Origin: Alphaproteobacteria bacterium
GTDB taxonomy: Bacteria > Pseudomonadota > Alphaproteobacteria > UBA828
DNA length: 64,000 bases
Reading direction: 5' to 3'
Assembly: GCA_965214705.1 (NCBI GenBank)
Contig: CBDCCI010000002.1
Location: forward strand, 736,001 to 800,000
Shown here: in pieces, positions 62,713 to 64,000 of the stretch
Numbering within the stretch: the first letter of the stretch is position 1
Layout of the letters: each line of letters starts with the position of its first letter
Position numbers and translations under genes: made by a program
The notes under the pieces: model-generated
What the model was told of the DNA's origin: nothing
The model's input: the letters and a program-made list of their open reading frames with translations, nothing else
Databases searched by the model: none

Positions 62713-63405
62713 ATGCTGCGGCTGGTTGACATCCAAAAATCCTTCAGGCTGGGCACGATCGACGTGGAGGTTCTACGCGGCGTCAACCTGGAGGTGGCGG
62801 AGGGCGAGCTGCTCTCGATCATGGGCCCGTCCGGCAGCGGCAAGTCCACGCTGATGAACATCATCGGCCTGCTGGGCAGGCCCACGGCGGGCTCCTACTT
62901 CCTCGACGGGCGCGATGTCTCGTCGATGAAGGACCGGGAGCTGTCGGCCTTCCGCAACATGCACATCGGCTTCGTGTTCCAGTCCTTCAACCTGCTGGAC
63001 CACCTGACGGCGCTGGAGAACGTGGCGGTGCCGCTGGTCTATCGCGGTCTGGGCCGGGGCGAGATCAGGCGCCGGGCGCGGGAGATGCTGGAGAAGGTCG
63101 GCATGGAAGACCGGCTCGGCCACAAGCCGGACCAGCTCTCGGGCGGGCAGAAGCAGCGGGTGGCGATCGCCCGTGCGCTGGTGGGGAAGCCCTCGGTGGT
63201 ACTCGCCGACGAGCCGACGGGTGCGCTCGATTCGGACACCGCCGAGGAGGTCATGCAGCTCCTCATCCGCCTCAACCGGGAGGACCGGATCACGATCCTG
63301 ATCATCACCCACGACCTCCTGGTCTCACGGCTCTGCGAGCGTCAAACCATGATCCGCGGCGGCGCTCTGCTGGGAGGCCTGCACCAGGCCGAAGCGGCGG
63401 AGTGA
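62713..63405 (+). CDS. MacB/LolD-type ABC ATP-binding protein
   Basis: GPSGSGKST, LSGGQ and LADEPTGALD. Confidence 0.93.
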   Translation: MLRLVDIQKSFRLGTIDVEVLRGVNLEVAEGELLSIMGPSGSGKSTLMNIIGLLGRPTAGSYFLDGRDVSSMKDRELSAFRNMHIGFVFQSFNLLDHLTALENVAVPLVYRGLGRGEIRRRAREMLEKVGMEDRLGHKPDQLSGGQKQRVAIARALVGKPSVVLADEPTGALDSDTAEEVMQLLIRLNREDRITILIITHDLLVSRLCERQTMIRGGALLGGLHQAEAAE

Positions 63406-63420
63406 GGCGCCGTGCGGAGC

Positions 63421-64000
63421 GTGCGCACGGCCCTTACGTCCACGCTGCGCGAGGCGGTGCGCAGCCTCTACGGCGCCCGGCTGCGCACGCTGCTGGGGCT
63501 GATCGGCATCATGATCGGCATTGCCTCGGTGATCACCATGATCTCGATCGGCGAGATCGCGAAGTCCCAGTCGCGCAAGGATTTCGAGGCGCTGGGCACG
63601 GACATTCTCACCGTCAAGCCGCCGGACCACCTGATCGGCAGCCCCAGCCGTGCGACCATCGGGCTCGACGACGCGCTCTCCTTGGCGGAGGTGCTGCCGT
63701 CCGTCTCGGTGGCAGCGCCCCGGATCGAGACGCAGGGCACCTTCCGCTACGCAGGCAGGCGTGTCGGCAGCGGCTCGGTGCAGGGGGTCTCCGCCTCGTT
63801 CGCAGAGGTGAACAAGCTAACGATGGCCGAGGGGCGGTTCGTCTCGAACCTCGACAGGGGCCGCTACTTCGCGGTGGTCGGCGCGGATGTGGCAAACGCC
63901 ATGCGCCGGCGCGGCGCCGGTACCGTGGTAGGCCAGATCCTGCAGGTGGGCGGGCGCCTCTACACGGTACTCGGCGCGCTCGAGTCCGCGCCGGAGACCT
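63421..64000 (+). CDS. MacB-type ABC permease (runs off the window)
   Basis: LRTLLGLIGIMIGIASVITMISIGE; GGAG RBS before GTG. Confidence 0.88.
   Translation, partial: MRTALTSTLREAVRSLYGARLRTLLGLIGIMIGIASVITMISIGEIAKSQSRKDFEALGTDILTVKPPDHLIGSPSRATIGLDDALSLAEVLPSVSVAAPRIETQGTFRYAGRRVGSGSVQGVSASFAEVNKLTMAEGRFVSNLDRGRYFAVVGADVANAMRRRGAGTVVGQILQVGGRLYTVLGALESAPET

Overview
High-GC, heavily rearranged accessory region, probably from an alphaproteobacterium (inference). The SwmB-like repeats, FG-GAP/UnbV protein and FGE-sulfatase/CLec cargo suggest a host-associated marine lineage such as a sponge symbiont. Two integrative elements meet at a 3'-half tRNA-Met att site (22088-22132): a tyrosine-integrase ICE-like element on the left and a large-serine-recombinase element on the right. 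The window holds 3 IS1634-type copies, 2 IS1380, an ISKra4/UPF0236-type IS, an IS91+integrase element, a broken RIT, a MITE, several one-ended IS relics and about 7 toxin-antitoxin modules. Main observation: bases 1.1-14.5 kb can be unscrambled by hand. Two nested, base-exact reciprocal inversions (3- and 4-bp microhomologies) and three insertions of gene fragments lacking transposon ends (5-7 bp direct repeats) account for the broken ORFs. Undoing them rebuilds four complete genes and rejoins a large SwmB-repeat fragment in frame. The same region encodes an AEP primase-polymerase/SF2 helicase fusion with the architecture of the IS-excision enhancer (IEE), an enzyme known for microhomology-mediated end joining. 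That makes it a candidate cause, although this link is inference. Other highlights are an orphan DGR-target-like gene with a GGA-loop hairpin, an FG-GAP/UnbV-vanadium haloperoxidase fusion, duplicated 12-Cys secreted proteins, and a MacAB-TolC whose adaptor carries an N-terminal PAS domain. All family assignments come from motif recognition; no searches were run.
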